Shown here one piece after another: positions 8,271-19,473 of a stretch of 40,288 nucleotides of DNA (its first letter is position 1; each line of letters starts with the position of its first letter). This DNA is from Sulfuricella sp. (GTDB lineage Bacteria; Pseudomonadota; Gammaproteobacteria; Burkholderiales; Sulfuricellaceae). The DNA lies in the NCBI GenBank assembly GCA_039683315.1, contig JBDKRR010000128.1, positions 1 to 40,288 of the forward strand. Reading direction: 5' to 3'. The position numbers were made by a program, and so were the translations under genes. The notes below the pieces were generated by a model that searched no databases, was not told the origin of the DNA, and saw only the letters and a list, made by a program, of their open reading frames with translations.

Positions 8271-8954
8271 TTGTCCACAGTAAAAATACCCGCCATCCTG
8301 GCAAACATTCCCCTGTTTCGGGAAATGTCGCCGGAAGAAATCGAACGCATTGCCGCGGGCACGCGCGAACTTCACCTGGCGCGCGGCGACGTGCTGTTCC
8401 AGCGCGGCGATCCTTCCACCGGTTTCTACGTGGTGATCCATGGCCAGGTCAAGCTGGCTCTGACTTCGCCGCAGGGCATCGAGAAAGTGGTGGAGTTGTT
8501 CGGCCCGGGCCAGAGTTTCGGCGAAGCGGTGATGTTCATGGGCAAGCCGTACCCGGTGTATGCCCAGGCGCTGACCGATTCCCTGACGCTGCATATCAGC
8601 AAGAGCGTGGTTCTGGGCGGCATCGACAGCGATCCGGCATTCTGCCGCAAGATGCTGGCGGGGCTTTCCATCCGCCTGCACCGTCTGATCCATTACGTCG
8701 AATCGTTCTCCCTGCGCTCTTCGGCGCAGCGGGTAATCGGCTACCTGTTGCAGGACCTCGAGGAAGTCCAGCAAGGACAGGATATTCAGATCAGTCTGCC
8801 GGCCAACAAGAACGTGATCGCTTCCAATCTCAACATCACGCCGGAAACCTTCTCCCGCATTCTGCACAATTTGTCCGATGACGGCCTGGTCGAGGTGAAA
8901 GGCAAGGACGTGCTCATCAAGGATGTTGCCAGACTGCGCGCTTACGACGAGTGA
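8271..8954 (+). CDS. Crp/Fnr-family transcriptional regulator, Dnr-like
   Basis: cNMP-binding-type domain (GPGQSFGEAVMF), HTH with PETFSR (ExxSR), and no FNR N-terminal cysteine cluster. Confidence 0.88.
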   Translation: MSTVKIPAILANIPLFREMSPEEIERIAAGTRELHLARGDVLFQRGDPSTGFYVVIHGQVKLALTSPQGIEKVVELFGPGQSFGEAVMFMGKPYPVYAQALTDSLTLHISKSVVLGGIDSDPAFCRKMLAGLSIRLHRLIHYVESFSLRSSAQRVIGYLLQDLEEVQQGQDIQISLPANKNVIASNLNITPETFSRILHNLSDDGLVEVKGKDVLIKDVARLRAYDE

Positions 8955-9024
8955 TTTGAACTGCCCGTCGCTGCGTTTCGTGCGCTAATTTCTTTCTCTC
9001 CCGTCCACTAAAGTTTTATCATTC

Positions 9025-9052
9025 AGGGCTGAAGCGTCGCCGCTTCGGCCCT
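9025..9052 (+). other. Strong hairpin in the leuA 5' region (terminator or leader structure)
   Basis: AGGGCTGAAGCG-TCGC-CGCTTCGGCCCT forms a 12-bp stem with one G-U pair and no good U-tract. Confidence 0.45.
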
Positions 9053-9082
9053 AGCCTTAATGTTCCCTGTTTGGAGTCTGTC

Positions 9083-10618
9083 ATGAAAGACAAATTGATC
9101 ATATTCGATACCACCTTGCGCGATGGGGAGCAAAGCCCGGGCGCTTCCATGACGCGGGAAGAAAAGGTGCGCATCGCCAGGCAGCTGGAGCGCATGCGCG
9201 TGGATGTCATCGAAGCCGGCTTCCCGGCCGCGTCCAACGGCGATTTCGAGTCGGTGAAAGCTGTCGCTGATGCTGTCAGGGACAGCACGGTGTGCGGCCT
9301 CGCCCGCGCGCTGGAGCGCGACATCGACCGCGCCGGCGAAGCCTTGAAAGGCGCCCGCTCCGGCCGGATCCACACCTTCATCGCCACCTCGCCGATCCAC
9401 ATGGAAAAAAAGCTGCGCATGAGTCCCGACCAGGTCGTCGAACAGGCGGTCAAGGCGGTGAAATGGGCGCGCAAGTGGACCGACAACGTCGAGTTCTCGC
9501 CCGAGGACGCCGGCCGTTCCGATCCCGATTTTTTGTGCCGCATCCTCGAAGCGGTGATCGACGCCGGCGCCGGCACGCTCAACATTCCCGACACCGTGGG
9601 CTACAACCTGCCTCAACAGTTCGGCCATTTGATCGCCACGCTGCGCGAGCGCATTCCCAATGCCGACAAGGCGATTTTCTCGGTGCATTGCCATAACGAC
9701 CTCGGTCTGGCGGTGGCCAATTCGCTGGCTGCCGTGCTCAACGGTGCGCGCCAGGTGGAATGCACCATCAACGGCCTGGGCGAGCGGGCGGGCAATGCCT
9801 CACTGGAAGAAGTAGTGATGGCGGTGCGCACGCGCCAGGACCTGTTCACTTGCGACACCCAGATCGACACCACCCAGATCGTGCCGGCCAGCCGCCTGGT
9901 AGCGTCCGTCACCGGCTTCGCGGTGCAGCCCAACAAGGCCATCGTCGGCGCCAACGCCTTCGCGCACGAGTCCGGCATTCACCAGGACGGCGTGCTCAAG
10001 CACCGCGAAACCTACGAAATCATGCGTGCCGAGGACGTGGGCTGGAGCGCCAACAAGATGGTGATGGGCAAGCATTCCGGCCGCAACGCCTTCAAGAGCC
10101 GGCTGGCCGAACTGGGCATCGAGCTGCCCTCGGAAGATGCCCTCAATGGCGCTTTTGCCCGCTTCAAGGAACTGGCGGACAAGAAGCACGAGATTTTCGA
10201 CGAAGACCTGCAGGCGCTGGTGAGCGACGAAGCCGCCACGCTGGAGCAGGAACAGTTCAAGCTGGTGTCCCTGAAAGTGTGCTCGGAAACCGGCGAGACC
10301 CCCCACGCCACCGTGGTGGTGGCGGTGAACGGCGCGGAACAGCAGGCCGAAGCGGACGGCGGCGGCCCGGTGGACGCGGCGTTCAAGGCGATCGACTCGA
10401 TCGTCAAAAGTGGCGCCGAACTGCAGCTGTATTCGGTGAACAACATCACCAGCGGCACCGACGCGCAGGGCGAGGTTACCGTGCGCCTGTCCAAGGGCGG
10501 GCGCATCGTTAACGGCCAGGGTTCCGACACCGACATCGTGATCGCCTCGGCCAAGTCCTACCTGCACGCGCTCAACAAGCTGCACAGCAAGCTGGAGCGC
10601 GCGCACCCGCAAGTTTGA
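9083..10618 (+). CDS. leuA: 2-isopropylmalate synthase
   Basis: [27 protein letters not shown] and HESGIHQDG, plus a C-terminal regulatory domain. GGAG precedes ATG 9083. Confidence 0.97.
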   Translation: MKDKLIIFDTTLRDGEQSPGASMTREEKVRIARQLERMRVDVIEAGFPAASNGDFESVKAVADAVRDSTVCGLARALERDIDRAGEALKGARSGRIHTFIATSPIHMEKKLRMSPDQVVEQAVKAVKWARKWTDNVEFSPEDAGRSDPDFLCRILEAVIDAGAGTLNIPDTVGYNLPQQFGHLIATLRERIPNADKAIFSVHCHNDLGLAVANSLAAVLNGARQVECTINGLGERAGNASLEEVVMAVRTRQDLFTCDTQIDTTQIVPASRLVASVTGFAVQPNKAIVGANAFAHESGIHQDGVLKHRETYEIMRAEDVGWSANKMVMGKHSGRNAFKSRLAELGIELPSEDALNGAFARFKELADKKHEIFDEDLQALVSDEAATLEQEQFKLVSLKVCSETGETPHATVVVAVNGAEQQAEADGGGPVDAAFKAIDSIVKSGAELQLYSVNNITSGTDAQGEVTVRLSKGGRIVNGQGSDTDIVIASAKSYLHALNKLHSKLERAHPQV

Positions 10619-10636
10619 GCGGGAAGGGCTTTTTTG

Positions 10637-10743
10637 CCACGGAGGACACGGAGAGCACGGAGAAAAGCGGGCGGGGATCAACGCCGGGCCGTCGTTGTGC
10701 AGCATGGACGTTTCTCCGTGCTCTCCGTGAACTCCGTGGTTAA
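10637..10743. repeat. Inverted-repeat element built from 9-bp CACGGAG-NN units
   Basis: CCACGGAGGACACGGAGAGCACGGAGAAA (10637-10665) pairs with 10711-10739 at 27/29. Another arm occurs at 33526-33559. Confidence 0.85.
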
Positions 10744-10751
10744 TCGTTTTT

Positions 10752-11384
10752 TTGGATGATGGCATCTTGATCTACCAGCTCGACCTGATCGGCACTGCCG
10801 TGTTCGCCTCGGCCGGCGTGCTGAGCGCCGGCGGCAAGCGCATGGACCTGTTCGGCGTGGTGGTGGTGGCCATGGTGTCGTCGCTCGGCGGCGGCACGTT
10901 GCGCGACGTGATCCTCGACGCCAACCCGGTGTTCTGGGTGAGCGACCCGCTCTACCTCTATGTGGCTGGACTGGCGGCGCTGGGAACCTTTTACGCGGCG
11001 ACCCACGTCAGCCGTATTCCGCCGGCGATTTTCCTGGTGGCCGACGCCATGGGGCTGGCGGTGTTCACCATCATCGGTGCCAACAAGGCGTTCGACTTCG
11101 GCGCGCCCTATATCGTGGTGATCATCATGGGCATCATGACCGGCGTGGCTGGCGGCATCCTGCGCGACATGCTGTGCGCGGAAATCCCGCTGGTGCTGCG
11201 GCGGGAAATCTACGCCACCGCCTGCCTGGTCGGCGGCGTGATGTTCGTCGTCCTGGCGCACCTGCACGCGCCGCCCAGCCTGCTCGTCCCGCTGCCCGCC
11301 GCGACCGTGCTGGCGGTGCGCCTCGCGGCGATCTACTGGCAGCTGTCGCTGCCGGTGTTCGACGACGAATACCCGGAAGAGTGA
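10752..11384 (+). CDS. Trimeric intracellular cation channel (UPF0126/YadS-like) membrane protein
   Basis: Duplicated motifs DLFGV...GGGTLRD and DAMGL...GGILRD; hydrophobic. TTG start. Confidence 0.88.
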   Translation: MDDGILIYQLDLIGTAVFASAGVLSAGGKRMDLFGVVVVAMVSSLGGGTLRDVILDANPVFWVSDPLYLYVAGLAALGTFYAATHVSRIPPAIFLVADAMGLAVFTIIGANKAFDFGAPYIVVIIMGIMTGVAGGILRDMLCAEIPLVLRREIYATACLVGGVMFVVLAHLHAPPSLLVPLPAATVLAVRLAAIYWQLSLPVFDDEYPEE

Positions 11385-11408
11385 AGCTGCCCGCGCGTCG
11401 ACAGTAGC

Positions 11409-12173
11409 TCAGAGCTCGAATACCTCGCCCTGCCTTACCTCTCGCGGCCGCCATTTTCCTGCCGCCGCCTGCACTTCCGCCATGGCCTCCTGCTCGCGCC
11501 CCGATTCCATGTGAGCAATCAGCAACTGCACCGGCCGCTGCAGGCTCGCCAGCCCCTGGGCCAGCAGTTCCGCCGTCATGTGGCCCGATTCCGCCGCTGC
11601 TTGCCGGTTGGCGTTGAGGAATGTGACCTCGATCATCAGGTAAACCAGGTTGTCGATGGCGTTGAGCGCCTTCCAGAACGCGGGGCACAAGGTGGTGTCG
11701 CCGCTGTAAACGAAGCTCGCGGCGCCGCTGTCGATGCGGTAACCAACGCCGGGCACCGCGTGCAGGGCCGGCAGCGCGGTGATGCGGCGTTCGCCCAGCG
11801 TGATCGTTTGTCCCACGGTGAGGGGGTGAAAACGCAGGTATGGGTTTTCGCGGCTGGGCTTCACGCTGTAGTCCGGCCACAGGATCCCGTTCAGCATGTG
11901 CTCGTGCAATGCCGCGATGGTCTGTTCCTGGGCATGAACTTCCAGCGTGCGCTGGCGCAGGAATGCCGCTGCATCGGCCAGCAGGGGCAGAAAACCGGTG
12001 TGGTCGAGATGGGAGTGGGTGAGAAATACATGGTCGATGCGCGCCATCTGTTCCAGCGACAGGTCCGCCAGCCCGGAACCTGCGTCGATGGCGATTTCAT
12101 CATCCACCAGCAACGATATGGTGCGCCTGCTTCCACCGACGCCGCCGCAGCAGCCCAGAATTTTGACCTGCAT
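11409..12173 (-). CDS. Metallo-beta-lactamase-fold 3',5'-cyclic-nucleotide phosphodiesterase (class II-like)
   Basis: ILGCCGG, IDAGSG, THSHLDH, NGILWPDY, YSGDT and GHMT motifs. Confidence 0.8.
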   Translation of the reverse strand: MQVKILGCCGGVGGSRRTISLLVDDEIAIDAGSGLADLSLEQMARIDHVFLTHSHLDHTGFLPLLADAAAFLRQRTLEVHAQEQTIAALHEHMLNGILWPDYSVKPSRENPYLRFHPLTVGQTITLGERRITALPALHAVPGVGYRIDSGAASFVYSGDTTLCPAFWKALNAIDNLVYLMIEVTFLNANRQAAAESGHMTAELLAQGLASLQRPVQLLIAHMESGREQEAMAEVQAAAGKWRPREVRQGEVFEL

Positions 12174-12333
12174 GATTTCCTCCTTGCACGCCGGGATACC
12201 GTGGGAAGTAAGAAGCCTTAATCGACGGCAATCATCTCAAAATAATGACTGAGAGAAATCACTTTGCCACGCTGGCGGACACGGTGCAACTGTGCATGAG
12301 GTCGTGCTGGTGCGCGCTGCAATCGGCACCTAT

Positions 12334-13935
12334 TCAGTGCTTCGCCACCACGTCGAAGCCGGTCCTGACGTAATCACCGCCGCGTTCTCCCTCGTTCTGG
12401 AGGCGGATGGTATAGGCCTTTCCCTGCGCCTTGAGTTGCACCAGCTTGCCCTGGGCGTAGATCCTGCAGGGGAGCAACAGGCTGCGGCCCAGTTGTAGTT
12501 TTGTCAGCTCGGGCAGGTAAATGGCGCTGGCGGGCCTGCCTTTTTCTCCCGGCAGGGGGTGCAGAGACACCAGCACCGGGGTCTGGCTCAAGGTCTGGAT
12601 GCCCGCGTGCACCTGGCGCGGCGGTTCGTTATTGATGCGGCGCACGATCCCGATGGCGAGGTTGGGGGTAGTTGCTTCCTTGAGGCTGATCAGGGCGCCG
12701 ATTTTGAGTTGGGCGGCGCCGTTGCTGTGGAAGGTAACGCCATAGCCGCTCAGCGATTCGTTTTCCACCTGCCATTGCTGGGCTTCTTCGAACAATTCCG
12801 CCTCCTTGCTCGGCGGGATGATGGTCTGGCCGTCCAGGGCATTGTCCTGCGTGCGGTATGTTGCGGTCATGCCCGCTTGATGCCGCCCCTTCAGGTGGGC
12901 AACGATATTCCCGAGTCCTTGCACCGCCAGAAGCGTTTTCTGCGCTGCTGTCCTTTCGTGCTTGCGGGTGCCGCCTTGTCCGTTCCAGCGCCGGGTGACT
13001 TCGTCGATCAGCTCGAAGCAGCCCGGCAGGCGGCAATCTTCGCTCAGTTTCAGGCGTGCCGGCATTTCCCCCTGTTTCAGGCGCTCGACAACCTTGGTGA
13101 TGGTGATCAGCAGCATGCCCACGCCCCAGTAGCGGTATTTTTCCCCCAGCATGTTGCGCCGCAGCTTGCGCGCGGGTTTCGTGTCGCCGAGGTTGATGGC
13201 AAAGAGCTGGCGGTGGGGGCGGAAAGCGCTCTCGATCACCAGGCTTTTGGCCCACGTGTCGAGCCAGAAATCTACCATCTCGATCTGCGCCGGAAGCAGG
13301 CTGGCAGGATTGGCCAGATGCAGCATCATCGGCTGCAGGTATTCTGCCGTGCAGGTTGTCTCGTCCTGCTGCGGATAAAGCTGTACCGGGGTACGGTCGA
13401 AGTTTTCCTGTTCGGCAAACTGGTAAAGCCGGTGCAGCTTGCGCCAGACGCCGGGGTCGACGGGCAGGTAGCGCAAATGACACCATTTCGCCTGCATGGC
13501 ACAAAAGTGGATCGCCTTGGCGGTGAGGAGCGGTATCTGCTTGCGGATGTCCCCATTGCCGCCGGTCTTGGAAAAGATGCGGATACACAGGCGGTAGCCG
13601 TGCGCCATTTCTTCCCAGAACTGGAGAATGGTGTGAATCTGCTGATGCGCGGACGAGGATGGTTGGTCCATGGCGGCGAGGTATTCGCGGCACAGCGTTT
13701 CCTGCAGGGAGAGCGCTTTTTCGTCCAGGTAGAGCAGGACGCGGATGCGTTCCTTGAGGCCGGTGGCGGGGTTGGTATTGAGGCTGCCCAGCGCCTTGAT
13801 AATCTCCTGCTGCGCCTGCCCGATGTCGCTTTTCGGCAGTTCCTGCACCCAGATGGTGGCGGATTTCAGGTCGCCGACGGGATCGTCGTTTTTCTTGCGC
13901 AGCAAGGCATTGATCAATCCCTTGAAATAGAACAT
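12334..13935 (-). CDS. Conserved hypothetical protein with helical N-terminus and PilZ-like C-terminal motifs (copy 1)
   Basis: 533 aa; RKHER (RxxxR) and NESLSG (NxSxxG), followed by IGIVR beta strands. Confidence 0.7.
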   Translation of the reverse strand: MFYFKGLINALLRKKNDDPVGDLKSATIWVQELPKSDIGQAQQEIIKALGSLNTNPATGLKERIRVLLYLDEKALSLQETLCREYLAAMDQPSSSAHQQIHTILQFWEEMAHGYRLCIRIFSKTGGNGDIRKQIPLLTAKAIHFCAMQAKWCHLRYLPVDPGVWRKLHRLYQFAEQENFDRTPVQLYPQQDETTCTAEYLQPMMLHLANPASLLPAQIEMVDFWLDTWAKSLVIESAFRPHRQLFAINLGDTKPARKLRRNMLGEKYRYWGVGMLLITITKVVERLKQGEMPARLKLSEDCRLPGCFELIDEVTRRWNGQGGTRKHERTAAQKTLLAVQGLGNIVAHLKGRHQAGMTATYRTQDNALDGQTIIPPSKEAELFEEAQQWQVENESLSGYGVTFHSNGAAQLKIGALISLKEATTPNLAIGIVRRINNEPPRQVHAGIQTLSQTPVLVSLHPLPGEKGRPASAIYLPELTKLQLGRSLLLPCRIYAQGKLVQLKAQGKAYTIRLQNEGERGGDYVRTGFDVVAKH

Positions 13936-13959
13936 GGTTCCCCCTGAGTTGAAATTAAC

Positions 13960-13983
13960 TAAGCGGACATGATAGTCCGCTTA
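13960..13983. other. Perfect 9-bp inverted repeat (terminator of the wrbA operon, or an operator)
   Basis: TAAGCGGAC-ATGATA-GTCCGCTTA lies between acyP and the PilZ-like gene. Confidence 0.5.
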
Positions 13984-14021
13984 TCGGGGTAATGCAAAGG
14001 GCATAAAACGGGTGATAAAAG

Positions 14022-14309
14022 TCAGTCGGTGTCCCGCCGTTCGAACTCCGCATAGCTGCCGCTGCCTTGTCCCACCACCATGTCCGTGACCTGCGCCATT
14101 TCCGGCCCTCTCCGCGCCCATTCCAGCATGCGTCGCACGGCTTCCTCGTCGCCCTGAACCATGGCTTCCACCGTGCCGTCGCGGCGGTTGCGCACCCAGC
14201 CGGTGACGCCGAGTTCCGCCGCTTTGCGGCACATGGACTCGCGGTAAAAGACGCCCTGCACCCGGCCGTAAAGCCGGAGCAGTTTAGTGACGCGCGCTGA
14301 CTCGGACAT
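14022..14309 (-). CDS. acyP: Acylphosphatase
   Basis: GRVQGVFYR and GWVRNRRDGTVE motifs. Confidence 0.93.
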   Translation of the reverse strand: MSESARVTKLLRLYGRVQGVFYRESMCRKAAELGVTGWVRNRRDGTVEAMVQGDEEAVRRMLEWARRGPEMAQVTDMVVGQGSGSYAEFERRDTD

Positions 14310-14618
14310 AAAACACCGCGCTGAGATAAAAGACCACGCTGAGAACCGCCTCGACGGAAGCCAGTGCGGCGCCCAGGCCGTGGTCGGACCAGGCGCGCAC
14401 TGCGCCTTCGCTGAGGTACAGCAGGATCAGCATCGAGGACCACTGGTAGGTGTAGACCTTGCCGCGCAGGATGCCGAACAGGGGCAGCAGCAGGGGCACG
14501 GCCTTCACTACCAGCAGCGAGCCGCCCGGGCGGACGGGGGCGAGCCAGCCTTCCCATGCCAGGCAAAGGACGATCACGGCGATCAGGCTGACGATAGTGC
14601 TGTAGTGCAGCAGGTTTT

Positions 14619-14622
<4 letters not shown>
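14284..14622 (-). CDS. DUF2069-family membrane protein
   Basis: WEGWLAPVRPGGS, YTYQWSSM and EGAVRA; this family typically neighbours wrbA. Confidence 0.8.
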
Positions 14623-15850
<1,228 letters not shown>

Positions 15851-15908
15851 TCATTCTCAAGGGGGTTGAATATGGCCTATTATAGCTGACCTCTTTTCAT
15901 TCATTCCC

Positions 15909-17126
15909 ATGTACGCCCAACTCTCAGAACTGTTCGGCTTCCTGCGTTTCCTGGCGCGGCGCTTCGACGAAGACCGCTGCGTCCAGATCGCCTCCAGTCT
16001 GACCTATACCACGCTGCTGTCGCTGGTGCCGCTGATCGTCATTGCCCTGACGGTGATCACGGCGTTCCCGGCGTTTTCCGGGCTGATGACGCAGCTCAAG
16101 ATTTTTTTGCTCACCAACATGGTGCCGGAAGTCGCGGGCAAGATCATCACCGTGTACATGCAGCAGTTCTCCGAGAAAGCCGCGCGTCTTACCGCCGCCG
16201 GCATAGCGGCGCTGGCGGTGACTGCCCTGATGCTGATGCTGACCATCGAGCATGCCTTCAACCTGATCTGGCGCGTGCGCACGCAACGCCCCCTGTTGCA
16301 GCGCATTCTCACCTATTGGGCGGTGCTGACCCTCGGGCCGTTGTCCGTCGGCGCCAGCCTGTCGCTGACCTCTTACCTGGTGAGCTATTCCCTCGGCTAT
16401 GTGGAGTCCATCCCGGAATTGGGCGTGGTGGTGCTGAAAGTCGTACCGGTCGTGATAACCATCGCGGCTTTCTCCCTGCTCTATCTGGCGGTGCCCAATC
16501 GCTATGTGCCGGTCAAGCATGCGCTGGCGGGGGGGCTGGTGGCGGGGCTGGGCCTGGAGTTGATGAGCAGGGGTTTTACCGCCTATATACTTCATTTTTC
16601 CAGCTATACCCTGGTGTACGGCGCGTTCGCCAGCATGCCGGTATTCCTGATCTGGATATACCTGTCCTGGCTGGTGGTCGTGGCGGGTGCGGTGGTGGCG
16701 GCGTCCTTGTCGTACTGGCGCGGCGGTGCCTGGCGTATCGAACGCACGGCCGGGCAGAACTATTTCGATGCGCTGCGCGTGCTGCGCGCGTTGCGTCGCG
16801 CCCAGCAGCGCGGTGCGGCATCGAGCCTGCAGCTGCTGCGGCAGGAAACCGGTCTGGCGCTGGGAGAGCTCGAAGACATCCTGCGCCAGTTGCGCGACGC
16901 AAGCCTGGTGGAACGCACGGCCCGGCAAGGCTGGATTTTGGCGCGCAATGCAGCGGATATATCGCTGGCGGACGTTTTCCGTCTGTTCGTATTCTGGCCT
17001 GAAAGCAGTGTGCCGGAGAACGATGAACTGCCCTTGCTGGAACTGGCGCAAAGGGCGTCCGGTCACATCAATGAAGCGCTGTCCGGATCGCTGGAGGATT
17101 TGTGTATCAAATCCGAAGGCCCCTAG
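15909..17126 (+). CDS. yihY: YihY/BrkB-family inner-membrane protein with C-terminal winged-helix extension
   Basis: ASSLTYTTLLSLVP, AFNLIWRV and YGAFASMPVFLIWIY; the tail GWILARNAADISLADV is Rrf2-like. Confidence 0.87.
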   Translation: MYAQLSELFGFLRFLARRFDEDRCVQIASSLTYTTLLSLVPLIVIALTVITAFPAFSGLMTQLKIFLLTNMVPEVAGKIITVYMQQFSEKAARLTAAGIAALAVTALMLMLTIEHAFNLIWRVRTQRPLLQRILTYWAVLTLGPLSVGASLSLTSYLVSYSLGYVESIPELGVVVLKVVPVVITIAAFSLLYLAVPNRYVPVKHALAGGLVAGLGLELMSRGFTAYILHFSSYTLVYGAFASMPVFLIWIYLSWLVVVAGAVVAASLSYWRGGAWRIERTAGQNYFDALRVLRALRRAQQRGAASSLQLLRQETGLALGELEDILRQLRDASLVERTARQGWILARNAADISLADVFRLFVFWPESSVPENDELPLLELAQRASGHINEALSGSLEDLCIKSEGP

Positions 17127-18736
17127 GGCTGAATTTGCGCAAACTCGAATAGATCGAAGGTGGCGGACTGTTCCAGCAGCCTGGTGGCGCGTATGTTTTG
17201 CGGACGGCCCATGCCTTCGACCATGAATTCGCGCTGTGGCGCGAAGCTGCCGCGTAGCGCCAACAGCGTGGCGGGTTGCTTGAGCGCGGGAATTTCCGGC
17301 AGCAGAAGCGCCGGCTGAAAAAGCGTGCCGATGCTGGCGATCACCGGACGGATCAGCGCCGGCGTCGCGGTCGGCGCGAGCATCTGGGCGCCGAGTTGCA
17401 GGTGGTTGGGGTTTTCGCTGCTCACCCAGCGCACCACGCCGATGTTCCAGGCTTCGTTGCTCTCCGGGCGCAGGCCGATGATTTCCCCGACCCGCACGTG
17501 GGCTTCGGTCTTGGGGTCCTTGACGAGCGCCAAGCCGCCGGCACTTTCGTTGATGATCAGCCAGTTTTTCGATACATAGGTCTGGTGGCTGGTCTTGTCG
17601 AACGGCGAGTCTGCCAGTTCCAGGGTGATTTCCGTATCCTGGCCTTGCATTTCCTGGCTGTCCGGCTGATTGTCTGCGCCTGAAGCGCTTTCGCCGCTAA
17701 GGAAAAAATGGATGGCGCGGATGCCGGCACAGATGTCCATGCGGGCGCTGTTCTGCATCCTGTTGAACAGCCGCTTGGGGGCGATGCCCCAGTGCTTGAG
17801 CATGCGCCGTAGCAGGTTCGGAAAGCCGAAATCGTTCGCGCTGACGGGCAGCAGCAGCGATTTCGGATTGACGCCGGCTTCCAGGCGCTGAATCTGCTGG
17901 TGCAGCAAACGCGCCAGTTCTATGGTGTTGAGCAGGATGTCGGTGCGCGCGTCGGTGACGGTGGAGTCGTGAGCCAGGGCGCGCGGCGGCTTGTCGCTGT
18001 CGAGGCGTACCAGGAAGAAGCCGGAAGGGCTGCTGGTCTGCATCAGCGGTTGCAGATGGGCGTGGCCGCCGAAGCGGGAGAGGTATTCCAGCACCTTGTT
18101 GACCTCGCCCTGCATCAGGCGGTAGGGGTCGAGCAGGGCCAGCAGCAGGGCCTGCTTGTAGGCCAGGTTGACGCTGCTTTGCTGTTCCGCGTTGGGTACG
18201 GGCTCATCCTGTATGCCCTGCTCCACGGCGTACATGAACAGGGTGTGCATTTCCGCCCATACGCCGGCAGGGGTCGGTGCGTAGGTCTGGTAGCACACCA
18301 CCAGCATTTGTCCCAGACTGGCAATGGCGCGTTCCACCACCAGCGGCAGTTGCTTGTTGCTGCCGAAATTAAGGCGTTTGCCGGCGTGTTCGAGCAGGAT
18401 GATCTTGTATCCGTAAGCCAGTTCGGTATGCAACTGGCGCGCCTGGGCGGCCATGTGCCGGCTTTTTTCCGGCAGCGGCAAGGGCTGGCCGGAGTATTGT
18501 TGTTCCAGTGACGGCATCAGGTTGGTGATGCTGGCGCGGTAAAGCTCGAGCAATTTGAGGCGGGTGTCCTCCGCGACCTTGCTGCGGTTCATCGCGCTCA
18601 GCGTGTCCAGAATAGCGCGTGAAGCCTCGTTCAGATTGGTGAGCGGCAGCGCCTCCAGCCACTCGGCGACTTGCTTGGGATGTGTTTCTACGGTTAAATT
18701 CTGTTCCGGCGCGGGTACGGAAAGTTTGATGGTCAT
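17123..18736 (-). CDS. Conserved hypothetical protein with helical N-terminus and PilZ-like C-terminal motifs (copy 2)
   Basis: 537 aa; WLEALP.TN N-terminus, RLFNR (RxxxR), NESAGG (NxSxxG) and IGVVRW. Confidence 0.7.
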   Translation of the reverse strand: MTIKLSVPAPEQNLTVETHPKQVAEWLEALPLTNLNEASRAILDTLSAMNRSKVAEDTRLKLLELYRASITNLMPSLEQQYSGQPLPLPEKSRHMAAQARQLHTELAYGYKIILLEHAGKRLNFGSNKQLPLVVERAIASLGQMLVVCYQTYAPTPAGVWAEMHTLFMYAVEQGIQDEPVPNAEQQSSVNLAYKQALLLALLDPYRLMQGEVNKVLEYLSRFGGHAHLQPLMQTSSPSGFFLVRLDSDKPPRALAHDSTVTDARTDILLNTIELARLLHQQIQRLEAGVNPKSLLLPVSANDFGFPNLLRRMLKHWGIAPKRLFNRMQNSARMDICAGIRAIHFFLSGESASGADNQPDSQEMQGQDTEITLELADSPFDKTSHQTYVSKNWLIINESAGGLALVKDPKTEAHVRVGEIIGLRPESNEAWNIGVVRWVSSENPNHLQLGAQMLAPTATPALIRPVIASIGTLFQPALLLPEIPALKQPATLLALRGSFAPQREFMVEGMGRPQNIRATRLLEQSATFDLFEFAQIQP

Positions 18737-18894
18737 GATGGCGTATTTCCCAGCCTGCTGTTTTTATGTGTTATCAGCATTGATTCTAGAAACTATTACC
18801 CGGTTTGTAAAACATTTAAACCGCGTAAAATGGCCGATATAACTCAATTCTCCGGGATTGCCCGCGTTTCCCTTCTGGTCCAGGTAATTAATAC

Positions 18895-19473
18895 ATGATG
18901 AGTCTGCTCGAAAAACTGTTTGAAGGCGCGCTGTGGCGCAGCCGCTATGTCGTGCTGTTCGCGGTGATCGCCAGCATGGCGGCCGGATTTGCGATTTTCT
19001 ACATGGCCACGGTTGACGTGGTCTATCTCATCGCGCACATCTTTCACTACGCCGACCCGAGCCTGGCCGTCGACGCGCGCAAGGTGCTGCACGATGAAAC
19101 CATCACCCACATCGTCGAGGTGGTCGACGGCTACCTGTTGGCCACGGTGATGCTGATATTCTCCCTCGGCATGTACGAACTGTTCATCAGCGACATCGAC
19201 GAGGCGCATGGCAGCAAGACATCGAGCAAGATCCTGGTGATCGAAAGCCTGGACGACCTGAAAGCCCGTCTCGCCAAGGTGATCCTCATGATCCTGATCG
19301 TCACCCTGTTTGAGCAGGCGCTCAAGATGGAAATGAAGACGACGCTAGACCTGCTCTATCTCGGCGGCAGCCTGGCGCTGATCGGCCTGGCGCTGTATCT
19401 GACTCATGCGGCCGACGCGCATGGCAGCGAAAAACACGAGGAAGAGAAGGGAGATGACAAACATGGCCACTAA
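18895..19473 (+). CDS. YqhA/UPF0114-family membrane protein
   Basis: LWRSRY, VDGYLLA, GMYELFISDID and SLDDLK..L.KVI motifs. Confidence 0.85.
   Translation: MMSLLEKLFEGALWRSRYVVLFAVIASMAAGFAIFYMATVDVVYLIAHIFHYADPSLAVDARKVLHDETITHIVEVVDGYLLATVMLIFSLGMYELFISDIDEAHGSKTSSKILVIESLDDLKARLAKVILMILIVTLFEQALKMEMKTTLDLLYLGGSLALIGLALYLTHAADAHGSEKHEEEKGDDKHGH

Noticed and set aside
8271-8954. Calling the regulator FNR
   Set aside because: It lacks the N-terminal cysteine ligands for a 4Fe-4S cluster.
8955-9082. Classical leu attenuator
   Set aside because: There is no short ORF with tandem leucine codons and no U-tract after the hairpin.
10637-10743. CACGGAG periodic repeats as a CRISPR array
   Set aside because: The units are 9 bp in inverted arms, with no 25-40-bp repeats separated by unique spacers and no cas genes.
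18801-18840. Sigma28 promoter or CGGTTT-N11-AAACCG operator between the divergent genes
   Set aside because: The TAAA-to-GCCGAT spacing is 12 rather than 15, and the 6-bp inverted repeat is too short to tell from chance.
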